Source of the DNA: Dehalococcoidia bacterium
GTDB lineage: Bacteria > Chloroflexota > Dehalococcoidia > GIF9 > UBA5629
NCBI GenBank assembly: GCA_050011565.1
Contig: JBEKIW010000003.1
Span: 133,765-165,764, forward strand
DNA: 32,000 nt
Direction of reading: 5' to 3'
Under the pieces are notes generated by a model. The model ran no database searches. It worked only from the letters and a program-made list of their open reading frames with translations, and was not told the DNA's origin. A program made the position numbers and the translations under genes. Shown here one piece after another: positions 1-7,005 of this stretch (its first letter is position 1; the number at the start of each line of letters is the position of its first letter).

Positions 1-887
1 GGGTTTACCAGGCCGGCTGCCAGCGTGCCGGGCATGAAGTCGAACAGCTCGTCAATCGTCCAGCCACCGATCTTGACCAATGCTTTTTCCTGCACCGGCT
101 CGGAAAATAGAGCCACCGTTCCCGTCTGAACGAAGAAAGTACGGCCGTTTACATTAGCGGCAGCGTCAGATGCCAGCCAGACGACCAGCGGCGCGATGTC
201 GTTGGGGTCCATCTTCTCCATGGCGGCGATGATAGCCTCTCTTCCCGCCTTCTTCCAGGCGGCTTTCAGCTCATCGCTCAACGTCATCCTAGTGCCGGCA
301 TTGGGCCTGATAGCATTGCAGGTCACGCCATACCTGCCCATGTCTCTGGATACCTGCCGGGTGAAGCCGACAATGCCTTCCTTGGCAGCGCCGTAATTCG
401 CCTGACCGAAGGTGGCGCCCAGTCCGGCAAGTGATGATGTATTTATGATGCGCCCGCTTTTCTGTTCCCTGAAAAGAGCACAGGCGAACTTGGTGGTGAA
501 AAAGTGGCCGTAGAGATGCACTTTCATCACCAGGTCCCAGTCTTCCTCGGTCATGTTGTATATCATCTTGTCGCGGAGAATTCCGGCGTTGTTGACCAGT
601 ATATCCAGCCTGCCGAATTTGTCGACGGCAGTTTTGATAATGTTTTCGCCGCCGACCAGCGTGGTCACCGAGTCGTAGTTGGCTACGGCTTCTCCACCCA
701 TCTTCTTGATTTCGTCTACTACTTTATCCGCTGCCGACGTGGAAGTGCCCGTACCAGCAACGGTGCCGCCGAGGTCATTGACCACCACTTTGGCACCCTC
801 GGATGCCAGCGCCAGAGATTCACCCCGGCCGATGCCGCCGCCGGCGCCGGTGACCACAGCTACTTTGCCCTTCAGTCTATCGCCCAT
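1..887 (-). CDS. short-chain dehydrogenase/reductase (3-hydroxyacyl-CoA / 3-oxoacyl reductase-like); C-terminus runs off the window
   Basis: Absent from the ORF track because it is open at the window edge. My reverse-complement translation from the ATG (comp 887..885) reads MGDRLKGKVAVVTGAGGGIGRG... It shows the TGxxxGxG Rossmann motif, NNAG, and YGAAK (the YxxxK catalytic motif). An AAGGAG SD lies just upstream. Confidence 0.85.
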   Translation of the reverse strand, partial: MGDRLKGKVAVVTGAGGGIGRGESLALASEGAKVVVNDLGGTVAGTGTSTSAADKVVDEIKKMGGEAVANYDSVTTLVGGENIIKTAVDKFGRLDILVNNAGILRDKMIYNMTEEDWDLVMKVHLYGHFFTTKFACALFREQKSGRIINTSSLAGLGATFGQANYGAAKEGIVGFTRQVSRDMGRYGVTCNAIRPNAGTRMTLSDELKAAWKKAGREAIIAAMEKMDPNDIAPLVVWLASDAAANVNGRTFFVQTGTVALFSEPVQEKALVKIGGWTIDELFDFMPGTLAAGLVN

Positions 888-932
888 TTTTTAACTCCTT
901 TTCGTTTTTATTTTACGCAAAGATAAACTTGT

Positions 933-1145
933 TTAAGATTTAACAACAAATATCGGGATGAGAATTCCCAGATAAATCAGCACTCCCGCTGCCATCCAGA
1001 TTATGGCGATAACCTGCATATCTCTCGCTTTTTGTTTCTTTTCATTTTCAGGTGCTCGAAAATATCTTCCTAAATAAAAAAGGGGCAGTCCGATAGCTAT
1101 CATGACTACTCCCATTACCCATAAAATCAGTCTGGTAATATCCAT
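933..1145 (-). CDS. small hypothetical membrane protein (2 predicted TM helices)
   Basis: 70-aa ORF with two hydrophobic stretches flanking a basic loop (RYFRAPENEKKQKARD). A weak SD (AAAGGGG) lies about 7 nt upstream. It sits between operon genes on the same strand. No family recognised. Confidence 0.5.
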   Translation of the reverse strand: MDITRLILWVMGVVMIAIGLPLFYLGRYFRAPENEKKQKARDMQVIAIIWMAAGVLIYLGILIPIFVVKS

Positions 1146-1194
1146 TACTATACCCCTTTTGGAATATTTTTGAGTTCAAACGATTCGCAAAAAG

Positions 1195-1659
1195 CTAACT
1201 CTTGTTCGGCAGTATGACGGTAGCCGTACCGGGAGTGGTCACCTCGCCCTTGCCGTTCTCAATCCAGATATCGCAGTCCGCGCAGTGCTCACCGCCCTCG
1301 GCGTATTTCTTGGTGACCTTACCCTTGCACTGCCAGGTCTCGCCTTCTTCAGGTGTCATCGGCGTGGCCATCTTCCGCGGCCAGTCCATGGCACGGTAGC
1401 TGCAGGCGAATTTCTTCAGCGTACCCTGCTCACCCATCCAGTCGGTCATCAATTGGACCAGCCACTGTCGCTTCAAGGCGCCGTGGACAATGGGGCTGCC
1501 CACTCCCTGAACAGCAGCAAAGGCGGCGTCATAGTGAAGCGGATTGAAGTCGCCCGAGGCGCCCGCCCATTTGACCAGCATACGGGTGGTAGCTATTTTT
1601 GGTAACGGCGTTACCTCACCGCCTACCTCAACATTTTCCCAGTAAAGTTGTTTAGCCAT
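1195..1659 (-). CDS. MaoC-like (R)-specific enoyl-CoA hydratase/dehydratase, catalytic hot-dog subunit (HadB-like)
   Basis: 154-aa ORF containing the GDFNPLHYD motif typical of MaoC dehydratases. A GAGGAGG SD lies upstream. It is adjacent to a second hot-dog gene. Confidence 0.85.
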   Translation of the reverse strand: MAKQLYWENVEVGGEVTPLPKIATTRMLVKWAGASGDFNPLHYDAAFAAVQGVGSPIVHGALKRQWLVQLMTDWMGEQGTLKKFACSYRAMDWPRKMATPMTPEEGETWQCKGKVTKKYAEGGEHCADCDIWIENGKGEVTTPGTATVILPNKS

Positions 1660-1677
1660 CTTATTCCTCCTCGAATG

Positions 1678-2178
1678 CTAGCGATAAATAGCAGTGGCGC
1701 GGGCTATAGCCACCAGCTCATCTTTCTGGTTATGATAAGTTGTCTCGATAATTACAAAAGCCATCTTGCCCGTTTTGCCTTCCCGCTCAGTGACGTCTTT
1801 AATCATTGATTTGGCTGACAACATATCGCCGGCGCGGACCGGCAGGAAAAACTCGTACTCTATGCCGCCATCGACAACGCGCCAGTAGCCTCCTTTAGCC
1901 AGTGCCGCCCTCATACCCTCGGCAACTTCCGGAGGGTCGCTGATATCAGTGGGCCGCTGGAAGGTCATGCCTCTGGGCAGATTGACCGGCCAGCCGAAGA
2001 AGCCGGGAGGCGCGATAATCGAACCGTATCTCGATTTCCCGGCATGTTTTTCGTCCCAGTAAAGCGGATTGGTTTCTTCCACGGCATCGGCAAAGCGCTT
2101 GATAGACCCCTTCTCCACCTCGCAGGCAACAACACCGATGCTTTTCCCGATGAATTTGCTTATCTCTTCCGGCAGCAT
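1678..2178 (-). CDS. MaoC N-terminal-like / UPF0336 hot-dog protein (HadA-like non-catalytic partner)
   Basis: 166-aa ORF whose length and pattern (IKRFADAVEETNPLYWDE) resemble the N-terminal hot-dog half of MaoC/FAS dehydratases. An AGGAGGTG SD is present. It lies 18 nt upstream of the catalytic subunit. Confidence 0.75.
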   Translation of the reverse strand: MLPEEISKFIGKSIGVVACEVEKGSIKRFADAVEETNPLYWDEKHAGKSRYGSIIAPPGFFGWPVNLPRGMTFQRPTDISDPPEVAEGMRAALAKGGYWRVVDGGIEYEFFLPVRAGDMLSAKSMIKDVTEREGKTGKMAFVIIETTYHNQKDELVAIARATAIYR

Positions 2179-2276
2179 AATTACACCTCCTGATAGAAAC
2201 TGGAAGCAAACGCCATTGTATATTTGTGGTTACCTGTTGTCAAAGGTCTGTTATAAATTTATACGGGCTTATATAC

Positions 2277-2304
2277 TTGGTGCAAGTGCAGACTGTGGTA
2301 GAAT
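2277..2304 (+). promoter_or_regulatory. candidate sigma70-type promoter with extended -10; would give a leaderless mRNA for the 2311 ORF
   Basis: TTGGTG (2277-2282), a 16-nt spacer, then TGgTAGAAT (-10 at 2299-2304). The ATG at 2311 is 7 nt after the -10, so the predicted TSS falls at or next to the start codon. Confidence 0.4.
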
Positions 2305-2310
2305 AGCGGC

Positions 2311-3114
2311 ATGCAAAAAGTCAAATGGCCATCAACTATTATCGGTATCGCAATTCTCCTTATCGGGTGGGGGTTGGATATGGCTGGAATAACGAATATG
2401 ATAGTGGCCATTGTTTTATGGGTTGTTGGTGGCATACTTCTTATCATCGGTATTTCTTCATGGATATATTATTTCTGGCCTTGGTTTAAAAAAGTATTCT
2501 GGAAAGGGAAAAAGAATACATCTATTACAACGGAAGATTATGCCCAAAATAAAGAGGTGGATAAATTAAGACGTATAAAAGCAAATTTAATACATTTTAG
2601 AAGAGAACTAAATTGGATTTTGTATCTTTACACACACGATTTATTTGGGAATCTTGATAATAAACTTAAAAAACATGAACTTCTAGAAGGGGAAGAATTC
2701 AAAGATGACATATCTGTATTTGACGAGATATATGGATATTATAACTGGGAATATGGTTATGCTATACGAAAATATGATGCTGCAAAATTAGTCTATCCAT
2801 TCAATAAGAGACACATTGAGGGTACTTTTGCCAAGGCATTGGGCGCTTTAAGTAAAATTGAAAAACAAATAAATGGGTTTCCCATGCTTTTGGAATTGAA
2901 TGATGAGGCATCTCACATAATGGGATTATCATCTGAAATAGACAAATATAGGTTATTGTTAAACGAGTGGTCAACAAACAAAAATATTGATAAACCCATT
3001 ATCGATTATTATGGTAATGATTTAGTTACACTGGGCACAAAAATCTGGACTATTTTAAAGGCCATTAATAACGAGATAGAAAAGATTCCAAATGAAGTTA
3101 AATTAGGGTCGTAA
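2311..3114 (+). CDS. hypothetical membrane-anchored protein (2 N-terminal TM helices plus a K/E/N/Y-rich soluble domain of about 200 aa), in an AT-rich islet
   Basis: 267-aa ORF, the only long ORF in this stretch. G+C is about 30% in 60-nt lines I hand-counted, versus about 50-60% in flanking genes. No recognisable domain. Confidence 0.65.
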   Translation: MQKVKWPSTIIGIAILLIGWGLDMAGITNMIVAIVLWVVGGILLIIGISSWIYYFWPWFKKVFWKGKKNTSITTEDYAQNKEVDKLRRIKANLIHFRRELNWILYLYTHDLFGNLDNKLKKHELLEGEEFKDDISVFDEIYGYYNWEYGYAIRKYDAAKLVYPFNKRHIEGTFAKALGALSKIEKQINGFPMLLELNDEASHIMGLSSEIDKYRLLLNEWSTNKNIDKPIIDYYGNDLVTLGTKIWTILKAINNEIEKIPNEVKLGS

Positions 3115-3243
3115 GTACTTTATATTTTAAATTATCAGCGCTAATGAATTTCAAAAGTGTATGACTAAACAAATATAGATTCTCACGATTGTTAAATAGC
3201 CATTCTAATTCATCGGGATAATTTTTATTATTTTGACCTGCCG

Positions 3244-3394
3244 CTACATACACCTCCCCACCGACTCAGCAATAAGCTTAAGCTCAGCCATCACACCGGT
3301 TCTTGCCGATTTCGGTCAGTAGCGCGTTGTTCTCCATATTCCTGGCTCCGACCTGAAGTATATCGGCGCATTCTGCTACCCGGATAAACTCAGC
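3244..3394 (-). pseudogene. decayed, internally deleted fragment of a DAHP synthase paralog
   Basis: Segment 3244-3298 aligns by eye with 3829-3885 (the aroF 3' end) and translates to ..ELKLIAESVGRCM* versus ELKLIAEAVGRYI*. Segment 3299-3392 aligns with about 4243-4335 and translates to ADILQVGARNMENNALLTEIGK versus ADILQVGARNMQNYALLTEIGK. The roughly 115 codons between the two segments are missing, and there is no start codon. Confidence 0.75.
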
Positions 3395-3422
3395 TTAAAG
3401 GTACACTTTTGTTCATATTTTA

Positions 3423-3450
3423 TTGAAACCTTGATGGAGAGTGCTACAAT
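3423..3450 (+). promoter_or_regulatory. candidate promoter of the dodecin gene
   Basis: TTGAAA (3423-3428), a 16-nt spacer, then TACAAT (3445-3450) preceded by TGc. An AAGGAGG SD lies at 3468-3474, ahead of the ATG at 3481. Confidence 0.5.
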
Positions 3451-3480
3451 GGATACAGCAATAAAAGCAAGGAGGTTATC

Positions 3481-3702
3481 ATGGAAGAGTCTGTAGGTAA
3501 GGTTGTCACGTTAATCGGATCCAGTCGCGAGTCCTTCGAAAAGGCTATTGCAAATGCTGTAGCGGCGGCAGCGAAGACATTGCATGAGATACACGTTGCC
3601 GATGTACGGAAGCTGTATGTGCACGTTGAGAATGGCAAGATTACCAGCTATCGGGCAAGGGTCAGGGTGGCCTTTCAATACGATCCAAAATATAAGAAGT
3701 AG
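3481..3702 (+). CDS. dodecin family flavin-binding protein
   Basis: 73 aa. The pattern VGKVVTLIGSSRESFEKAIANAVAAAAKTLHEI...V.VENGKITSYRARVRVAF matches the dodecin pattern as I recall it (V.ELTGSS..S.EDAI..A...A.KTL). Strong SD. Confidence 0.8.
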   Translation: MEESVGKVVTLIGSSRESFEKAIANAVAAAAKTLHEIHVADVRKLYVHVENGKITSYRARVRVAFQYDPKYKK

Positions 3703-3828
3703 TTATAATCCGGTAAGCTGCTAGACCCTCTATACGACTAATAGTTTATGATGATTTCAGGTCAGGTGGCCTGCGAAGTAATTGCAGCCTGTTGCTACCT
3801 GAGAAGTTCTGTTTTTGTGACCGGCCAG

Positions 3829-4845
3829 CTAAATATACCTCCCCACCGCCTCGGCAATGAGCTTAAGCTCGGTCATCAACCGGGCAAAGTCCGACGGTGT
3901 CAGCGATTGGAGGCCATCCACCAGGGCTTCCTTGGGGTTGGGATGGGCTTCGATGAGGAGACCGTCGGCACCGGCGGCTATAGCCGCTTTAGCCAGCGCG
4001 GGCACCAGAGAATAATGTCCGGCGGCGTGGCTGGGGTCGACAACTAAAGGCAAGTGGCTGGATTTCTTTATCACGGGAATCGAGCCGATATCCAGAGAAA
4101 AACGAGTGCTGTCCTCGAAGGTCCTGATGCCCCTCTCACATAAAATAACCCGGTCATTGCCACCAGCCAATAAATAGTCGGCGGCGGTAAGCCATTCGGT
4201 AACCGTAGCCGATAAGCCCCGCTTAAGTAGAACAGGGCACCGGCTCTTACCGATTTCGGTCAGTAGCGCATAGTTCTGCATATTCCTGGCTCCGACCTGG
4301 AGTATGTCAGCATACTGCGATACCCTGTCGACATCATGAGGTGCCACCACCTCAGTGATTACAGGCATGCCGAATTGCTGCTTGGTCTGCTGTAACATCT
4401 TTAGACCGGCCTCCTCCAGACCTTGAAAGGCAAAAGGTGAGGTGCGCGGTTTATAGGCGCCGCCTCGTAGAATGCAGGCTCCAGCCTCCTTAACCATCAT
4501 GGCTGCCGCCATGAGCTGTTTCTCGCCTTCGACGGCACAGGGGCCGGCCATGACCACAATGCGCTTGCCGCCGATTTGAACCCCGTTGACGGAAACTACG
4601 GTGTTCTCCGGTTTGAACTCGCGGGCACTGAGCTTGTACGGCTTCATAATCCTGGTCACGCTCTCCACACCGGGGAGAACGGCAAAGATGTCAATAGGCA
4701 GCTGGCCGGTATTGGGTCCCAGCAAAGCGACGACCACCTTGTTGGTGCCCAGATTCAACTGGACGCCCAGCCCTAGCTCCTTGGCCCGCTGCACGACGTC
4801 GTCTACTTCTGCTTGAGGAGCGCCGGTTCTCATTTCAACTATCAT
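3829..4845 (-). CDS. aroF: 3-deoxy-7-phosphoheptulonate (DAHP) synthase, type I-beta with N-terminal ferredoxin-like regulatory domain (Thermotoga maritima type)
   Basis: 338 aa. It appears collinear with the T. maritima enzyme as I remember it: MIVxxxxG...VESVxRxxKPYKLxSREF, AGPCxVEG, LRGGAYKPRTSPxxFQGL, LLKRG, CERGIRTF, VDPSH. An AAGGAG SD is present. Confidence 0.92.
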   Translation of the reverse strand: MIVEMRTGAPQAEVDDVVQRAKELGLGVQLNLGTNKVVVALLGPNTGQLPIDIFAVLPGVESVTRIMKPYKLSAREFKPENTVVSVNGVQIGGKRIVVMAGPCAVEGEKQLMAAAMMVKEAGACILRGGAYKPRTSPFAFQGLEEAGLKMLQQTKQQFGMPVITEVVAPHDVDRVSQYADILQVGARNMQNYALLTEIGKSRCPVLLKRGLSATVTEWLTAADYLLAGGNDRVILCERGIRTFEDSTRFSLDIGSIPVIKKSSHLPLVVDPSHAAGHYSLVPALAKAAIAAGADGLLIEAHPNPKEALVDGLQSLTPSDFARLMTELKLIAEAVGRYI

Positions 4846-4882
4846 GATTGTAACTCCTTAATTTTTTTCACCCTCACCCTGA

Positions 4883-4905
4883 CCCTCTCCCCTCAAGGGA
4901 GAGGG
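4883..4905. repeat. REP-like hairpin CCCTCTCCC-ctcaa-GGGAGAGGG
   Basis: Perfect 9-bp stem seen directly. It shares the GGGAGAG core with hairpins at 5179-5199, 5303-5323, 9533-9548 and 23158-23190. It lies between the attenuator terminator and the aroF SD and has no U-tract. Confidence 0.6.
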
Positions 4906-4912
4906 AACATTT

Positions 4913-4944
4913 AAAAACAGAAAGCCTCCCGCGGGGCGGGAGGC
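4913..4944 (-). terminator. intrinsic terminator (candidate attenuator terminator upstream of aroF)
   Basis: On the minus-strand RNA, GCCUCCCG-loop-CGGGAGGC (4944..4924) is followed by UUUCUGUUUUU (4923..4913). The same hairpin is followed by TCTTTTT on the plus strand, so it could act in both directions. Confidence 0.6.
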
Positions 4945-4976
4945 TCTTTTTGCCTTAGATATTTTGCTGCTGTTTT

Positions 4977-5075
4977 TTAGGTCGATGCCATCCCAGACCC
5001 GCGCCGAGGCGTGCTAAACCAAAAGCCAAAGAAAAACCAGCTATAGCTGCGAGTCAGGTTATGCATTTCGACCAT
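4977..5075 (-). CDS. candidate aromatic-amino-acid leader peptide (32 aa from ATG 5075; 29 aa from the in-frame ATG at 5066)
   Basis: My translation reads MVEMHNLTRSYSWFFFGFWFSTPRRGSGMAST*. It is too short for the ORF track. It sits directly downstream of a strong promoter and upstream of a terminator and aroF. Eight of ten consecutive codons (5045..5016) are Tyr, Trp or Phe. Confidence 0.55.
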   Translation of the reverse strand: MVEMHNLTRSYSWFFFGFWFSTPRRGSGMAST

Positions 5076-5085
5076 GGTGTTTAGA

Positions 5086-5115
5086 ATGATAGCAATAAAT
5101 GTTGAACGTTGTCAA
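5086..5115 (-). promoter_or_regulatory. candidate sigma70-type promoter for the aroF leader transcript
   Basis: On the minus strand: TTGACA (5115..5110), an 18-nt spacer, then TATCAT (5091..5086). The ATG at 5075 is 10 nt after the -10, giving a near-leaderless transcript. Confidence 0.55.
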
Positions 5116-5162
5116 CCAGATCAGGGTCCGTCTAATATGGATAAAAGTTTAAATCCTAAATT

Positions 5163-5330
5163 AGAAAATCCCTCTCAATCTCCCTTTACGAAAGGGAGAG
5201 GTTAGTTGCTAGCTTTGCGAAAGGGAGAAGCTGGTTTTTGCCCGTTGCTACTCTCCCCCTTAGAAAAAGGGGGATTAAGGGGGATTTAAAATCACTCTCA
5301 GTCTCTCCTTACGAAAGGGAGAGGTCCCAT
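5163..5330. repeat. cluster of REP-like hairpin units (composite element A...B, plus extra units)
   Basis: Hairpins: TCTCCCTTT-acg-AAAGGGAGA (5179-5199), a degenerate unit around 5211-5232, CCCCCTT-agaaa-AAGGGGG (5255-5273), and CTCTCCTT-acga-AAGGGAGAG (5303-5323). The element recurs inverted at 9489-9568. Confidence 0.7.
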
Positions 5331-5355
5331 CAATCCAGGAGGAAAAGGAGCAATA

Positions 5356-5811
5356 CTAGACCAGGGGAATTGTGGTGCCGGTGGCTTTGGCGATGAGCTT
5401 GCCGTCCTGGTTGGTCACCATCATCTCGGAGATGCAGACCCGCCTGCCGGCCCTGACCACACGGCATTCGGCGATAAGCTCGTCTTTCACATCGGCGCTG
5501 GCGACAAAATGGATGTTGAACTGCGAGGCTACGTTAGGAGTGATTACGGAGTTGGTGCCGTAGGCGAAAGCCTGGTCAGCCACAGCCATGATAATGCCGC
5601 CGAAGACCAGGTTATTGAAGTTAAGGTATTCGGGCTTAAGCTTCGCCGATACTCTGGCATAGCCCTCGGATAACTCCAGCAACTTTATGTCTAAAAATTT
5701 GGCGATAGGCTCACTACCGGCTTTTGCCTTCAAGGCTGCTACATTGTCAGAGGCATTGGCGCCCACAGCGGCATTTGCTCCGGGTTTTTGTTTATCAGTT
5801 TTCTTATCCAT
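5356..5811 (-). CDS. PaaI-family hot-dog acyl-CoA thioesterase
   Basis: 151 aa. The core ..ELSEGYARVSAKLKPEYLNFNNLVFGGIIMAVADQAFAY.. matches the PaaI/PaaD-type thioesterase pattern. It is the last gene of the ior operon. Confidence 0.8.
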   Translation of the reverse strand: MDKKTDKQKPGANAAVGANASDNVAALKAKAGSEPIAKFLDIKLLELSEGYARVSAKLKPEYLNFNNLVFGGIIMAVADQAFAYGTNSVITPNVASQFNIHFVASADVKDELIAECRVVRAGRRVCISEMMVTNQDGKLIAKATGTTIPLV

Positions 5812-5817
5812 AATATA

Positions 5818-7005
5818 TTAACGCAAGCCAAATTTTTTGGCTGCTTTTTTGAAGCCGTCCAGAGAACCTTTTAAGGTCTTGTCATCAACGCAGTACGAAA
5901 TGCGAAAATAGCCCGGTGTGCCGAAGCCCCGCCCCGGCACCACCAGCACATTCCACTGCCGCAGCTCGTTGACAAAGGCAACGTCATCCTCTACCGGCGA
6001 CTTAGGAAACATGTAGAAAGCACCATGCGGCTTTACCACCGAGTAGCCCAGGTCAACAAGATTGCCATAAAGAAAATCCCTCTTCTTTTGATAATCGGCT
6101 ATAGAGACGGTGACATGCTGCAGGTTCTTCACCAGGTGCTGCATCAACGCCGGTGCATTGACAAATCCCAAAATCCGGGTGCAGAAAATAAAGCCGTTGA
6201 CCAGCTCATCATGCTGGCTGCAATCCGGATGTATGGCGATATAACCAATGCGCTCACCAGGTAGCGCCAGGTCTTTGGAATGGGAATGAACAACTATGGT
6301 GTGGCGGTGGTGATGGAAAACAGGCGGGTATGGCAACCCGTCAAATATGATTTTGCGATATGCCTCGTCGCTTATAAGATAAATCTGCTTGTCGTTTTGA
6401 GCCTCTTTTCGACGCAGCAGCTCGCCTAATTGCATCACCAGGTCCCGGCTGTAGACCGCGCCGGTCGGGTTATTAGGAGAATTGATAATGACGGCTTTTG
6501 TCTTGGTCGAAATGGCGGCTTCAAGGGAATCCAGCTTCGGCACAAATTGCTCATTCGTGGGCAAGACCTTGATAACTCCACCGTGATTATCTATGTAGTT
6601 GCCGAATTCCATGAAGTAAGGAGCGAACACAATCACCTCGTCTCCGGGATTCAGTATTGTCTTCAATACCACATTCAAGCCGCCGGCAGCGCCGCAGGTC
6701 ATGACAATATCGTTGCCGCAGAATTTAATGCCGGTCTCGTGCGAGAGCTGTACGGCAACGGCGGCTCGTGTGTCTGCATAACCGGCATTCTCCATATATC
6801 TGTGCATACCCGGCACAGGTTTTTTCATCAGCTTCTTCAATTCCTGGTTAAACTCAGGCGGCGGCTCCATGACCGGATTCCCCAGGGACAGGTCGAAAAC
6901 ATCCTTCTCACCGTATCGCTTTTTGAGATTAGCCCCTTCCTCGAACATCCTCCGTATCCACGACCCCTCCATCATGCGTTTGCTGACATTATCTGACACC
7001 GGCAC
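5818..7005 (-). CDS. pyridoxal-phosphate-dependent class I aminotransferase (aspartate/aromatic type)
   Basis: 395 aa. It contains NSPNNPTG and SHSKDLALPGERIGY (the PLP lysine). The start is GTG, preceded by a GGGAGGAG SD, and it overlaps the iorB 3' end by 17 nt. Confidence 0.9.
   Translation of the reverse strand: MPVSDNVSKRMMEGSWIRRMFEEGANLKKRYGEKDVFDLSLGNPVMEPPPEFNQELKKLMKKPVPGMHRYMENAGYADTRAAVAVQLSHETGIKFCGNDIVMTCGAAGGLNVVLKTILNPGDEVIVFAPYFMEFGNYIDNHGGVIKVLPTNEQFVPKLDSLEAAISTKTKAVIINSPNNPTGAVYSRDLVMQLGELLRRKEAQNDKQIYLISDEAYRKIIFDGLPYPPVFHHHRHTIVVHSHSKDLALPGERIGYIAIHPDCSQHDELVNGFIFCTRILGFVNAPALMQHLVKNLQHVTVSIADYQKKRDFLYGNLVDLGYSVVKPHGAFYMFPKSPVEDDVAFVNELRQWNVLVVPGRGFGTPGYFRISYCVDDKTLKGSLDGFKKAAKKFGLR

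Noticed and set aside
3748-4047. 99-aa plus-strand ORF downstream of the dodecin gene
   Set aside because: Most of it lies antisense to the 3' end of aroF. It has no SD and no recognisable features, and the aroF frame is unambiguous.
5163-5330. Possible CRISPR array suggested by the recurring palindromic repeats
   Set aside because: The units differ in sequence and length, the spacing is irregular, there are only 3-4 units, and no cas genes are present. The same element occurs singly and inverted at 9489-9568. This pattern fits REP/MITE-like hairpins, not CRISPR.
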